A stretch of 62,900 bases of DNA, the filler included, from Hausera hauseri (lineage: Eukaryota), in the NCBI GenBank assembly GCA_046269625.1. It is 12 parts of 12 records of this genome, joined end to end, with 100 filler letters (N's around TTAATTAATTAA, not from the genome) between each part and the next. Parts side by side here need not be neighbours in the genome. Positions count along the whole stretch, not along the records: positions 35,151 to 39,161 come from JBJURY010822196.1; positions 39,262 to 45,369 come from JBJURY010139538.1; positions 45,470 to 52,706 come from JBJURY010028782.1; 9 more parts are not named here. One strand, written 5' to 3'. This document shows, in pieces, positions 37,233-51,400 of this stretch. The translations under genes were made by a program, and so were the position numbers. How positions within the stretch are numbered: the stretch's first letter is position 1; every line of letters starts with the position of its first letter. The notes beneath the pieces are model-generated. The model had not been told where the DNA came from and searched no databases. It saw only the letters and a list, made by a program, of their open reading frames with translations.

Positions 37233-37735
37233 TTATTTGAAGTCGATATCGATCATATCGTTAGTATTCCTACTGGGAGCCGCATGACTAGTGAGCGACG
37301 TTTCGTTATATGCTATTTCTGATTTGTATAATCGGATGTCAACTATGTAGCTATTCGTTAATCCATCAGGCATGTGTACCTTCCTGCTGTGTACCTCAAC
37401 ATATCTCGGCACCTTACTGGGATCAGCAGAATTGATACCGAAGCGTACATCAACAACCACCGAGCCCGGTCGTCGGCCGCTAATGGTCATTGCTACGGGG
37501 TTTTTGCAAACAATTGTGGTGCTCTGTTCCTGATTGGCCATACGACTATTAAGTATATACTGTGAGTACAAGTCCAACAGCCGATCTCTACTGAATGAAA
37601 CGTCGTTTGTCCGTTTAAAGTGCTATAAAAAATTAATGGGAATATGACCACGTAATGGATCATTAAGAAAAACGCTATCCTGAGTCTTGTGTTGTTTTTG
37701 TTGACTCTCCATGGTTGTTGTTGGATCATCGGTAA
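37233..37735 (-). pseudogene. Unknown protein ORF-X (homolog at about 39640-39965)
   Basis: QKQH...SVFL..PL.GHIP..F...FSR.RLL.LYS...LNSR..NQEQS.TI.CKNPV.M.IS shared between C8 and C9. Confidence 0.6.
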
Positions 37736-37739
37736 TATG

Positions 37740-39112
37740 TTGAAACACAGGTGCGCGATCAGGACACAGAACAGATTCAAAGTCGGCATATACAACAAAA
37801 GGAGGACTTGTGGATTTTGTCCAATCCTTAAATTTACAAAACTTATTTTGGGGCATTTTATACAAAGTCATGCATTTAGAGTTAGACATACACATTGGCA
37901 AATGCTTAGCGTAAGCAGTGTCAAGCCTAAAGCCGTGTAAACATTTTTCACACCAATGCTTACATTGAATACGGATAGTCTTACTATCCATATTCAATAG
38001 TCGATTAAGATTGGGAACAGCAACATAATGAAACTTATCATCATTTTCCAACATCAACAAGTTCACTACAGAACCATTCGTATTTTTGCTTTAATGCAAA
38101 ATATCAACGAATGGATTTTTTAATATATCGTCATCGAAGTCAACGTCATCCTCCTCGTGAAACAAAAAGACGTTTATTGACAACTGCGGATTTTGCCTTT
38201 CAAATTTACCTACGTTACAGATTTTCATAGGCTTATCATGAAAAGAATATTTTAGTTTACCTAAGTAAGGAGTTTAATTGCTAATTCTATATTTATGACT
38301 CTTTTCAAAGATAGAATACTTGGTCACAGCCAGAATCGAGTACAAGAAACACAAATTGTCCTCATTCTGTATATTAACAACGGCAGTTGCATTTCGTAAA
38401 GCTCCAGGTGTTGGCAGATATGATCATTCGGACAAATAAGGTAGTGGGCTTGTTTTCACAATATGAAAGCAGTACTTTAAAATCTTAACTATCTTCCACC
38501 CACTACCCATTTCAGCAAAATTCTCAATTTGTTCTCTTAAACTATCAGCTACATATTGGGAATAAAATTTCTTATAAGGCACGGCTCGATGAGAAATATA
38601 AACTTCCTTAAAGTTACCTTCAGCATTAGAAAAAAGAATTTCCAGACCGTACTGAGTCTTACAAGATGAAAAGCGAGAAGCATATAATTCTAAAATATTC
38701 AAAATTTCTTCAGGTGGTCGAGTAGAAATGAGTTGGTCGGGCGCCACACCAAACAAAGATTAATATAAATATTGTCTATAACAGATTGTACATCGAGTCT
38801 TATTTTTTGAACAGGCGCTTTAATTACAGAATGTTTATCAAGTTTTTGTTTCTTATTTGCAATATCATATGGATTGTTTTGCATTTTCCGTTTAACTGGT
38901 TGCCGTTGATCATTGGTGGAAGTTGTTGGAATATTTTTGCCACTAACAAATTGTTTAGCCATATTAATCATTTCTCTATATTGTTTGAGTAATGCTTTTT
39001 TGAGTTTGGTGAACATAGTTAGGTGATGTCCATGGCGATTTCGAAATTCAGGAAAATTTTGTCCTAATAATATTTCACATGAGAGACAAATGAATAACGG
39101 TTGTCTCCTCAC
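37740..39112 (-). pseudogene. Protein-primed PolB N-terminal region (Polinton-type), truncated at Exo I
   Basis: GSGW; AVVNIQNEDNLCFLYSILA; KFERQNPQLSINVF; NLL...HYVAVPNLNRLL; C2H2-like CEKCL..F...H...C; PFVVYADFES. Confidence 0.85.
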
Positions 39113-39400
39113 ATTGTTCAGGTATATGTATTTTATTAGTATAATAAATAAAGTCGCAATTNNNNNNNNNNNNNNNNNNNNNNNNNNNNNNNNNNNNNNN
39201 NNNNNTTAATTAATTAANNNNNNNNNNNNNNNNNNNNNNNNNNNNNNNNNNNNNNNNNNNNACTGTAGGGTTCCAGCGATGGGTATTGTAGAGCCATGGT
39301 GCGGAAGGTAAAAGTCAGGTGAGCGAAGATAAGTAAAAATGATGCTGCAGATGGCAGCAGTGTTTAAATGTGTTAAAGCATTTGTGCGAATGTTTGTTAT

Positions 39401-40042
39401 TTAGAAAAAAGAAAAGGAGATACAGAGCGGTCGTGCAGCCGGGGGCGTGTTGTGGGGCGGCAGCGAACGGTGGGTGTGACCCAATGGTATATGGTGGGCG
39501 GCCGGAGCTTTAGCCCCACCGCGGCGGGTCACAAACTGCGGAGTAGCCGAGTTCCCTGTATGTAATGTTTCTTCATTGGTCACTTTGGCCCATTGACCTG
39601 TGCCGTATTTTATGATGGCTGATTTAAGAACTACATCCCCAGTATATCTGGGCTCAGTGTAATTGATACCGGTGCGTATACTAGCGATTACTGAGTCTGG
39701 CCACAGGTTGCTAATGACCATATTTACTGGGTTTTTGCAATCAATTGTGATACTCTGTTCCTGATTGGTCGTGCGACTATTAAGTACATCCCTTGAGTAC
39801 AATTCCAAGAGCCGATTTCTACTAAACGGAACGTTGTTCGTCTGCTCACAGTGCTCGAAAAAAGCGAGAGGAATATGACCATATAATGGATAATCAAGAA
39901 AAACGCTATGCGGAGTATTGTGTTGCTTTTGTGTACCCTCAATGCTTGTCGTTGAACCATATGTAATTTGATTAGACACAGTTGCACAATTCAAACAATG
40001 ATATAAATATAAATTTCTGAATGGGTCGCGTAGCCAGTACAC
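39401..40042 (-). pseudogene. Chimeric ORF: ORF-X + CDC5L remnants + Gypsy-leader sequence
   Basis: ORF-X to PRY, then VVLKSAIIKYGTGQW (Myb repeat 1), then KVTNEE and sequence colinear with about 35960-36270. Confidence 0.7.
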
Positions 40043-40508
40043 ACGATCAGATGCAGCAGTGGGTCGAATGTCGTTCCAACGATAATTTCGACAATGGTAG
40101 AGAATATAAAAGAGTAAGGATTAGACGACTTTACTTGAAACTCAAAACTTTCCAATATTCAATATTTTCTACAAATCAATCGTATTTACAAATTCCATTT
40201 TTTAACAAAGAAACGATATATCGTCGACATTTCTCATTCAAAAAATATACCAACAAATTGACGAGAGTAAAATTATAAGCACACAAGTATAAAGAAATCC
40301 AAATAGATATCTTATAGTGAAAAATTGTCAGGAAAATCTTCACACTGATTTCTAAAAAAATAACAGCGTCAACCAAAATTTCGATTCAATACATTGTGAC
40401 AACGATTTAGTCTTTTGGTTTAAATTTAGGAATCAATTGCAGATGACATCATTCAAAACTGCACTTATTTCTAATTCTTATGTACATCGCATAAATAACA
40501 ATATTTAT

Positions 40509-40734
40509 TGGAAATATCATTCGATCATGTTGTCTCATTTAAAGTCCAAATAGTCATTCCATCTAACTTATACTCACTTTAACAAAAACGTTGATGAAAC
40601 AAAAGCTGGAAAAAACTATAATACAAGTATACAGAATTACTAGAGTTAGTTTTTTAAAGTGTAGTCACACGGTAGGAAAAGTCTTCTTACCGGTCCACCA
40701 ACCCCTCCAGTTCGACAACGCCTTAAGCACTACA
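40509..40734 (-). repeat. 3' LTR of the C9 Gypsy (far end uncertain)
   Basis: TGTAGTG start after PPT-like GGGGGTTGA; independent copy at 5319-5558. Confidence 0.8.
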
Positions 40735-43700
40735 TCAACCCCCGTGGCAAGATGAAAACTATTAAGAGAAAAAATAAATGGAAATTATTGTAGGAAAAGA
40801 AGAGCTTATATCTATTCGGTTTTGGTACGTGTTAGACGTTGGACTTTATCTATAAACTTTTCCCTGCTGTAAGTACTAAACGTCACGTAACGTGATCTCT
40901 TAGATGTTACTGGTGCTTGTGGAGTTGTTTGAGGGAGAGATACTGTGGATTTTGTAGTGTTCTGGGAGGATGCTTTATAAAGAGGAGAGAGTGAAAAAGA
41001 AGCCGAAAAGGAGGAGGATCGCGCAAAAAAGTCGAAACTGCATATGGCAGCGAATCGTACGATGAAGGTAAAATGAGTAGTGGATGTGCAGGCGACGACG
41101 GAGAAGCAAATGGTGAAAGAGCAGTGGATGATGACGGAAGTGAAGAGAACTGATTGTGACGCGAGACTGAATGCTGCGAAAGATTAAAATCATCAAGGAA
41201 ATTAGATAATGGCTTGAGAGTAGAGAAGTTAGAGTTAGGATTTGAGACAATGCTGTTATTCTGGTCACCGTCAACGAAGAATGCTGGCTTAAGATTAGAG
41301 ATGTGTACATTGTGATGTCTGTCCTCGCGTAAAATAATGGCGGTGTGCGAAGAAAGGTTCAGTAATTTGTAAGGGTTAACGTATTGGGGCCGAAAACCAG
41401 AAGGTGACGGATCCTTCAGCCATACAAACGTGGCTGAGTATAAGTCCTCTGGGATATAAGATTTGTCTTTATTTATAAGAAGGCAGAAGGCATTTGAGTT
41501 GACATCAGTAAAGTGGACTGTGCCGGGCAATTAACTTTATCTGACGGATTTTCATCGAGATTGGAGACTCAAATAGTGCACAAACTGGTGTCCCAAAGGG
41601 AGCTTCAGCTGGAGCACAGCCTGTGGTGGTGGATGGCGTGTTGCGCCAACCGAGTAGAACAACAGGAAGAATTGATATCCAATTATGATTGTTGTTATCC
41701 AGGATTTTTAAGGAAATCTTCATGGTGCAATGAAATCTCTTGAGATGACCATTTGCTTGGGGATGGTACGGTGTCGTATGGAGATGGGCCATTCCCAAGT
41801 GTTTTACAAGAGATTTGGAAAGATCAGCTTCAAATTGCGCACTCTGGTCCAATATGATGTGACGTGGTGAATCAAAACGGCTGACCCATATCTTGATAAA
41901 TGCATCAGCCACAGGATCAGTGTTGGTTGTTCGAAGCGGAACGGCTTCCGGCCAGAGAGATGCGCGATTTATCATGGATAGCATATATTGATAACCATTG
42001 TCGGCAGGTAGAGGACCCACAAGATCCAAATACACGGTTTCAAAACGAGAAGTGCAAGGGAAGTGGTAGAGTGGTGGTTTGAGTTGTTTATGAACCTTGT
42101 ATTGTTGACATGCTACACATCCCTTGACCCAGATCTGTACCTCGGTACGCATAGTTGGCCATACAACGTGGCGTTGCAGTAGACGAAATATGGCTTTTGA
42201 ACCCGCATGATGAAGAGAATGAAAGTGATTAAAAGCTGTCTTTTGTAGCAATGGAGCAAGACAGATTTTCTTGTCTGTAGAGTTGGAAATGTCATAAGCG
42301 ATACCATTTATGATTTCAATAGATTTGAAAGCTTGGAGAATATCAGATGCTGACCGATTGCTTCTCAGGACCTCAGAGGAGAAAACTGACTGAACGGTAA
42401 TTGAGTTAGCCGACCGCGAAAGAAATTCCGCTACTAAATTTTCAGTGCCTGAAATAAATTTCATGGAAAATTTTAAAAAGTTGACAGGTATGATATCTGT
42501 CGTTCTTGTCTGGGTGAGGGCTGTTTCAAAGTCATTATGTGAAGTAGAGGCTTATGGTCGGTTTGGTTGGTAAATTGACGTGAAAAAAGCAAGTGCTTGA
42601 AATGCTTTACCTCTATAACTACAGCCAAGAGTTCACTATCGAATGTTGAGTATTGGCTTTCCAGTTGCGTGAGCTTTCGGGAATACAATTCTAATGGTTC
42701 ATCGACGCCATTGTATATTTAGTGTAATACTGCACCAATTGCTGTGGTTGAGGCATCGGTAGTTAATATTAGTTCAACGTTTGGCTTTGGAATGGCCAAG
42801 ATTTTCACAGTTTTCAGGCCTTCACGAAGGCGATCAAACTGGTTTACTAGATCGGGAGTCCAATGGATTGATTGCCTTTTCTTCTCAGATGAGAGGGATG
42901 CGAAAGGTGCCGTTAGTTCGGAGCTGTGTGGCACGTATTTGTGTACAAAATGCAATTTTTCTAGAAAACTCCTCATATCGGTAATAGTGGTTGGCAACGT
43001 CATATTTTTTAATTTTTGTAAGCAATCAGGCTGTGGCGAATGCCCTTCGGGAGTAATTATGTGGCTTAAGAAGTTGAAACGTTTCTGGAAGAAATTGTAT
43101 TTTGTGAAATTAACTTGCAGGTTGCTTTGATGAAATTTGTAGAAAATAATTCTAAGGTGCTCATGATGTTGTTTGATAGAGCTGGAAGCGACTAATATGT
43201 CACCTATGTATGGGTGAGCAAAATCAAGACCAGAAAGAACGGTGTCAATGTTGCGCTGAAAGGTCTGAGATGCGTAAAGAAGGCCGAAAGACATAAAGAT
43301 GTACTCGTAAAGACCAAATGGTGTGATGACAGCAGTTTTTGGAATGTCATCAGGAGCAACAGGAATTTTGTGGTAGGCTTTGTCAGATCACTGGTAGAAT
43401 AAGTATTTGTGTTATTGAGCCTATGAAGAATGTCTTTAATGAGTGGTAGTGGATAAACATCAGTAATAGTTAGATTGTTTAATTGTCGATAGTCGCCACA
43501 TGGCCTATAGGTACCATGTTTCTTTACTACTACATGAAGAGGAAAAGCCCACGGTGAATTCGATCTCCGAATGATGCCAGACATTTCCAGTTCATTAAAT
43601 TCCTGTTCCACAGCTTTACGTTTGCGTGGCGACAAAGGTTTGACTTTTTGTTTGATCGGCCTCTGATACTCTGTTACTATGTGATGATAAGTTTTGGATG

Positions 43701-45369
43701 AAGGCTTGAAGTTGACATCCCTTTTAACTATGCCAAATCTCTAGACGTTGTGATGTATGATTTAAAATTGGAGTCTAGAGACAAGAATGAATGAGGCATG
43801 TCATTAGAGGGAACAGTTGCAGTGATTGATAAAAAGCAGATGGCATCACTACTGTCGACGCCTAATTTGGATTTTTGTTTTAGAATAGATTTATGATTGT
43901 GGTTCATAATGGTAATATTGGCGACTTTATCGGAAGTTTTTTATAGATGCCGAAGCGTTCAATAGGTTCATAGATGAGTGCAGTAAATTGCTCGCTAAGT
44001 TGTCTACAAGACAAACGTTTGGAATTGCAATTGAGTTCCTGCTTAAAAGGCAGCTGTATTTTCAATCGGCCAATAGATCATGTGCGGCAAAAAAATCTAG
44101 GCCTATTATGGGAGATTTAATGTTGGCCACGTGGAACTTCCAGACGAACTTATCTGGCAAGTTGGCGAATGTACAAGTCAATTCCGTGGTTCCAGCAACG
44201 TGCAACGGTTGACCACTGGAAGTGAAAAGCGGTGGACAGGAAATGATAGTCGATGTAGGAACGAAGGACAAGGGAAGGAGCGAAAAGTCAGCTCCTTACT
44301 CTATAAGGAAGTGGATATGTGAAGCATCTCTGCATAACAGTACAGCTTTCAACAGAAGACTGCAAAAGCGGTGTCGAAACGGCCAGAAGAATGAGCGATA
44401 TTGTCTGCGCCAGAATGTGCCGTAAAATCTGGTGGCATTATTAGTTTTTGAAGGTTTCGGAGAAAAGGAAGAGGAGTAGGAAAAGCGAGATTTATCGTTG
44501 TAATTTTTACAACCAGGCACACATGATCTAGCCCGGGACTGAAACGTATTGTGATAGACGCAAATGGGGTTGTCCACAGCCTACGGTTCGCTGTAGAACG
44601 GACAACCCAAAAAACATTTCCTAGCATCCCTTCGAAATCGCGTGTAACAAAAGCAAGAGATGCGTTTGCCAGGTGAAATGGATCGAGCAGAGTATCTAGA
44701 AATACTTCTCTCCCTTGAAGGTCTGGTTTCACTTCGTCGAAGCCCATTAAGATTATTTAGTTGGGTAGTAATGGCCAAAATCGACTGCTGTAACTCGCCA
44801 AAATGTTGCTGCATCATTTGCAATTGTTGCGAAAATGAGGTGTTACCTGTGTATGAAGGTGTGTGAGCGGTTGCTGCAGTTATTGGTTGTAAACTATAAG
44901 ATTACAAAATGTCAAAACTTTTGTCTGCCAATAATGCGTGCTTTTCAAGGGCCGTTGAGTCATCTACTACAGTGAGCAGCGCTCTGATGGAGGTTGGCAA
45001 GGATGAAAGGAAATACCGACGAAGAAAATCGGCACTGTTTACAGGAGTGACGCCTAAGGAACTCAGTTGAGATAATGCAGTTTTAAGGAAATCCGATGGT
45101 TTTTGACTTTCGATGGCATGTTCATTAAAATATTTCTGAATTGTGCTGTCAATTGATGGGTCGGTAATGTGCAGAACCGATTCATAAAGCATATAATATG
45201 GATTTGAAGAGGTTAGTATGTCGGCCAGATTGTTAATTTGCTGCTTGATATTACTTGAAGTAGTAGTAGCAAACTGTTTGCCTGCAAGAAGGAATCTGTG
45301 ATGTGATTGGCCTTAAGCAATTGAAAATGGAATTGTAACCAGGTACGACTCGAATTCGTCTTGTCAAGA
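40735..45369 (-). mobile_element. Ty3/Gypsy retrotransposon (CsRn1-like), decayed, gag to integrase
   Basis: gag with two Cys/His motifs (44500-45369), degenerate protease, RT (SPWAFPLHVV, YRPCGDYR, YIGDILV), RNase H TTDAS, integrase (HHCC, DLVGPL, HPQANG), GPY/F. Confidence 0.95.
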
Positions 45370-45469
45370 NNNNNNNNNNNNNNNNNNNNNNNNNNNNNNN
45401 NNNNNNNNNNNNNTTAATTAATTAANNNNNNNNNNNNNNNNNNNNNNNNNNNNNNNNNNNNNNNNNNNN

Positions 45470-48400
45470 GATTTTCTCTATTGGGACTGTGTCGTCCTCA
45501 TCCTCATCACTTTCATTGCCTGGTTGCGGCCAAGTAATGCTCTGGATTACAGCCTATATATGATGAAATAAAATAAAAAATGCCAGTATTAAAAATTCAT
45601 CAATGTTGCTCAACAACAAAAAACGTTTTCAAGTTTTTATAATGCCATAATTTTTGCATAAGTAACAAAAATTAGAAATTACTAAGACATTACCTATTTA
45701 GACATCACTACAACAACTAACAAAGTAAAACTGTACACAAAAAACATCATAATGATTAAAATAATAAATTACTAAGCAACTTACCAGGGGGTTAAGCTTG
45801 TCACTTGACTCCCTTGGAAAAATGTAGGGGTGCACATCTTGCCTAGACGAAATAAGTGGCCAGATTTGAGTGTCTTTCAATCCCTTTCGTATCTGCTTCA
45901 CCTGCTGCTTGACACGGTGAAGAACCTGATGAAAAACAGCATAAGATAAGATAATTTTGAAAAACATATTAGAAAATTATTTTGTATATTTCATATACCA
46001 AACAGAAACTTACGGCATGTGTAAGTAGTTCTTGGAAGAGCCATGTTCGGTTGGTAGATGTAGGACATGGAAGATCCCATGACAAGCAGAGATCAGTAAG
46101 CTTTGTGGTTTCGTCCACTGTAAGTTCATCATTCTTCAGCTGATGGAGTGTCAAATTCACCAAAAAAGAAATAGTTACATAAGTTTTCAACAGGCAGGCC
46201 ATAACAACTCAAGAGTCTTTAGTCAGGACTCCTTTTTAAAACTGCTTCTTATTGTGTTTGGGTTTTAGGATTGTTAAAAAAAGGTCTATAAGTACGCATA
46301 GAATTATTTGTAATTCTCACATTAGACAAAGTCCCAGTATTGAGATTAGCCATAAACGTAGTTAATAATCAGAAATTGTAATTTGTGAACCGGGTACTCA
46401 CTAAGCCAATTGTTTCTCGGTGGTCTATATCCGGACAGTCTTCTAGTGTCAGAGATGATGCAGCACTGTCGATGCTACCACCAGTCAATAGGGTAACAAC
46501 GGGCAAACTGAGTCCTGAGAAGCTGTACCCGCCATGAAGGAAAGAATGGCCAATCATATGACCTGCCATCTCAAAGAGGTTGCTGTCCCGCAAGACAACA
46601 GCGGCAGAAGGAACTCTGTGCTCTTTCTCCCCGTCAAAAAGCATAGTACGTGCAGCAGACCCTTAAAAACATAAATAAACAAGACTGGTTTTTTGTTTGG
46701 TTTCTATATCAATTACACCAAAACCTGTCTTTTTTAAATTTAGATTGATCTAGGACAGGGGTGTCAAACTTATGTTGGGTTAGGGGCCGCATACAGCTTA
46801 ATCTGATCTGCCGGTGGTCGCAGAAGTCAACTCATAGCAAGATGGAATAGAACCAATAAAGAGGACTTGTTCATTTTTAGAGTAAATGAATTGCACTATT
46901 ACAAAATACATTATGAATAGCCTCAGAGTTTTTCATAAAAGTATCTGCTATTTCAACAATACCTTAGTTAAACATTTATTTAACTGAGTAAAATGCATAA
47001 GAACTGATCACAGTGATTGTGAATGTTACGAAACTTTTATTCACTGTTTTTGGAACTTAAGAACACTGTCCTGCATCACGACATACATCAAACAGATAAA
47101 AAATTCTAAGTGATTTAAAATAAATTTTCCACATCTGGTAAGCAATTAGAACAAATTATATAGCTACATTAAAGCTCAGTGCTGTCATCTGATGCAGTGT
47201 TGCATTATGTTGTCTGCTCTGAATAAAACACTGCGCCCCTCGTGGACAGTATAGGAACTCCAGATTTTCACTTAAACAAAATATGTTTTTTTCATGAATG
47301 AGAATGCATTTAGCCCCTGGGCCGGACTAAATCGTTCAGCGGGCCAGTTTCGTCCCACGGGCCTTACGTTTGACACCCCTGATCTAGGACATATATTTCT
47401 TTAGTAAATTTAGCATGTCAGTTCTATACCTTATATTTAGAACATTTGTGTGCAAGAAATAACCTAACGATGTAAATGCAAATTAATAGTTTTTATAATA
47501 TGTAATTATATGAATCGCACAACCATTTATATAGACAAACCTAAATTGAGGATGAAGCCAGTCTTTAATTTCTTCATGGCCATTGATAGGACATGTCTGT
47601 TAACACCATCACCCACTGCTGCATCTCCTTGTGAAAGAAACAGTTGAATCAACAGCAATTAAAGTCATGTTATAACAACATAGTGGAAAAAAGTGTTTCG
47701 ACTAATATTAAAATACCTCTCAGCCTGCACTTGAATGGAGCTGCCCAATTTATGTTTTTCTGTTTATAAAAAGACAATATTGCACTGTCACGTTCTTCTT
47801 CTTCCTCAAACATGTCAATTGACAAATAAAGGCGTTCATTCTCTGACGAGCGGTTTAACAGCTCCTCTCTGAACAGTTGGCATGCTCTTTGAGGATCTCT
47901 CTCAGTGGTCCATGTTGAAGCTGTAATTTAAGTTTAAAATAGCTATCAATAAAAAAGGCATTATAAATAGCATAATGATTATTAATTTATTGATAATATG
48001 TTTCACCCGTAACAGTCTTAATCCTGAAGATTACTGAAATATGTCAGTTCTAAGTACTTGAAATTGTGATCTGTCTTTTTCTAGATAACTTTTTTTACCA
48101 CCTTTTCTATTTATTTTTAAAATTTTGCCATGAAACAATAATAGCACATAAATTACCTGCTGACAGTTGTGCGTCCGAGGGGCCAGGCAATTCATATTCC
48201 CTTTGGGGACTGGCTGTTGAGCTCTGGCTGGCTGTGGCTGTTGAGCTCTGTTCCGCAAAAGTCATTCTATGGAAAAAAACAGTAAAATGTAATTACACCA
48301 ATGCTTGGAAGAATGGCAACTGCAGGGTGTATAGACAATGGGTGGATGGATGTCTTATATTTTTAACAAATATAACATAATCTGTTAAAAGATATTTCTC

Positions 48401-51400
48401 CTGGATGTCTTTACTGAACTAGGTTTAAGAAATGTTCTGATCCCGACCAAAAACAATCAGAGCCAGGAGTAAGGCTAAGTTGTGAACAAGTTCTAGCATT
48501 GCAGAGAGTAGATTGATCTTCCTACCTGTCACCACATGTACTTGCATGATAAGAAACTACATCAGGTGGGTAAAATCCAAGACAGATTGGGCATCTCTGC
48601 AAAGAAAAAGAAACAATTTTTGGCATACATGCATTTAGTGGTGGAATTCTGCTATGTAGTATGTGCATGTGATAGATAAGTTTTATTCAAATGTGATAAT
48701 ATAGTTTAAAAAAATCAAATATCTATAAATCAATATGTATTACTGCATGTGTTGAGGAATTGATGCGTATTTAGTAATTGCAAAGCAAAATAAGTACAAA
48801 TATTACCATCAAAGATTCTTCAATGGCCACTGTAGACAGGCCTGACTGCTCATGAATGGATGACTCCTGCTCAGCACATGTCCCGAAATTATTATCCTAA
48901 AGAAGACATTTTACAAGTCTTTATTTTCAAGTAAAGATTTGTAAATAAATACCAAATCTTTATTTTAATTAAAGTAATTATTTATATTAAAATAATTTTC
49001 ATATAAAATTTTTAGGTGAAATAAAATTTTTATATTAAAATCACATTTCTAAGTACTTCAGGTAGTTATTTTGTTTAACTGAAATAATTGTTTTAGTTCA
49101 ACCAATTAGGGCTAGGAAGGTAGAGATGAGAGACATAATGTAATAGCTTACACTTGTGGGACCACTGCATTGCTCCACATGCAATGGCAGAAGTTGCAAA
49201 GGTATTTGATTTCCACATGTTATGCATTTTGACTGTGGCATCTTAGAAAATTCTGCAGAATCAAATGGAAGTGGTTCTGTCGAAAGATTCTCCTGTAGTG
49301 GTACGACAAAAATAATGTTTTTTCCATTGTTGGATGCAGCTTTCAGAAGCTTCGCGGAGTAACCATATGCATCAGTAGGAATTATTGAGATCTTTCGACG
49401 TCCACTACCACCTATTCGAAAATGAAAAGAGACAAGTTCTTTAATGAGAAAATCACTTAAATTAGTTAGAAATATTAACTACAGTGCCTTCATTCGGTGT
49501 ACACAACATTTTCAGATAATTACTTCTCCCCTACAACCATAACATCTGCACCATTCCCGATGGTTGCTTTTGTCATCAGTAGTAGTAACCATATCAAACA
49601 CCTAATCACGTTTTGTGATGTAATCAGCATAAATCACACCACAAAAAACTAATGTGGATTCCAGCAATGAATAGAGAAATTAATTTGCATTTTTGGAAAA
49701 TCTAGATGGAGTAAAGAAGAAAAAGGAGCATGCCCTAACGCAGTGTTTCTCAACCCTGGTACTCAGTGCCCCCCAGTCCTGCATGTTTTAGGCCCTTCTG
49801 CCACACACTTGAATTGGATCTCTGAGTGATTAACAGGTTTTCCCATTACTTGATGGTCCTGCAAGTATTTGAATCAGATGTTATGGAATAGAGGCACATC
49901 TAAAACATGCAGAGGAGGGGGCAGTGAGGACCAGTGTTGAAAAACACAGATTTAATTAAAGACTGAATCCATATTTCTTGATTCTAATAGCTCATAAAAC
50001 GGTGATGATTTCGTTTAATGGGAGGAGTGCTCCAGCCAAGCACTTTCCTTTTTTATGTAATTGTTTTTTTAGGAACAGAGACTGAAAGTAACGTAGGTCA
50101 TGTTTTTCAGTATTCTTTGTGGTTATGCAGACATACAATAACATTGACAAAGAGACTTCTAGGTTTAAATATTACTTTGACAAGAAAACAAAGGATAGTA
50201 GTGTTATTTTCTAAGTAAATGGTGCAATAAACAAAAATTAGAACGTGGACATCACAAGACACATATTCTATTTAACAGTATTGTTAATAACAAAATATTT
50301 TTACTTTTTCATCATTTTACCTGATGCCTTGAAGAACATCCAACCTCCCTGTAAGGTTTTTAGTTTGGGGAATTCATCCTCAAGAAGTGACACAATCTAA
50401 AGAAATTTCACATAAATAATTTAGCATTTTGCAAATGTTATATATTTTAATTACATATTCTGTAATATTGTAAACCACATAATTACCTCATCATGTTTCA
50501 AGTTTTCTTGCATGGCTATGAGCCTTTTCCCAAGGCCAGCATGGGCTAGTGTTAGCTCATCTGAGCCTTTGGGTGTAAACTGGGTCGGTTCAGCAAGGTT
50601 CAGCAAGTACATATATATGGAAGTCTAGACTTTTAACAATGGAAGGGGGAGGAGTTTGGAACCTTCTTTTGCCTCTTGGCTGATCACTGTTAAACATCCC
50701 AGGGAACTGCCTGATATTGAGAAACATAAAAGAGTTGCAGTAAACGTGCAAGGCAAAGGCGCTTTTGTTTAAGTATTTTTTTCATAATTGTGAGAGGACA
50801 AAAAAACATGACCTCACAGACAAGACATGACAACGTAGAAAATACGTTTTTGAGCATCATATTCCCTTTTTTCATTTAAATGTTTGAATTTGTAATTGGA
50901 CGATCCTTTATATAAACATTCATGCAAGATCAGGTAGCTGAAAGGATATACGGTAAACAATTCTGCTCAAGCTTGACTATACATGGACTCATAGGTAGAA
51001 GGAGAGGAGCACAATTGTTTCCTACAGTTTCTCATCCCATACAGTGACTACCCTTTTACACTGGCTAGACTTGGCCCAGTTCGGCTTGGCTCGCTTTCGG
51101 ATCTTTTATAACGGATATTTTTCGGGACTGTCTTCCTGCAAGGCGGAGATCAGCTCCTCCTCACCACATCGCAGCATTCTTCCAACTGTCGCATTTTCTT
51201 AAAGTCTCAGAAAAATCAAAATCAGGCTATAAATACAAAGCTCGAGTCTCTCTTCTTTTGTAGCAGAAAAATAACTCGCGTTAGATCACATAGTAACGAC
51301 GCACAGGACATGGCGCTTGGAGGCGGGGCGCTATACCCCGCTACCAGGAGACATCACCCTACTACAGAGCCAATAAGAATAGAGCATGGCCGACATCAGC

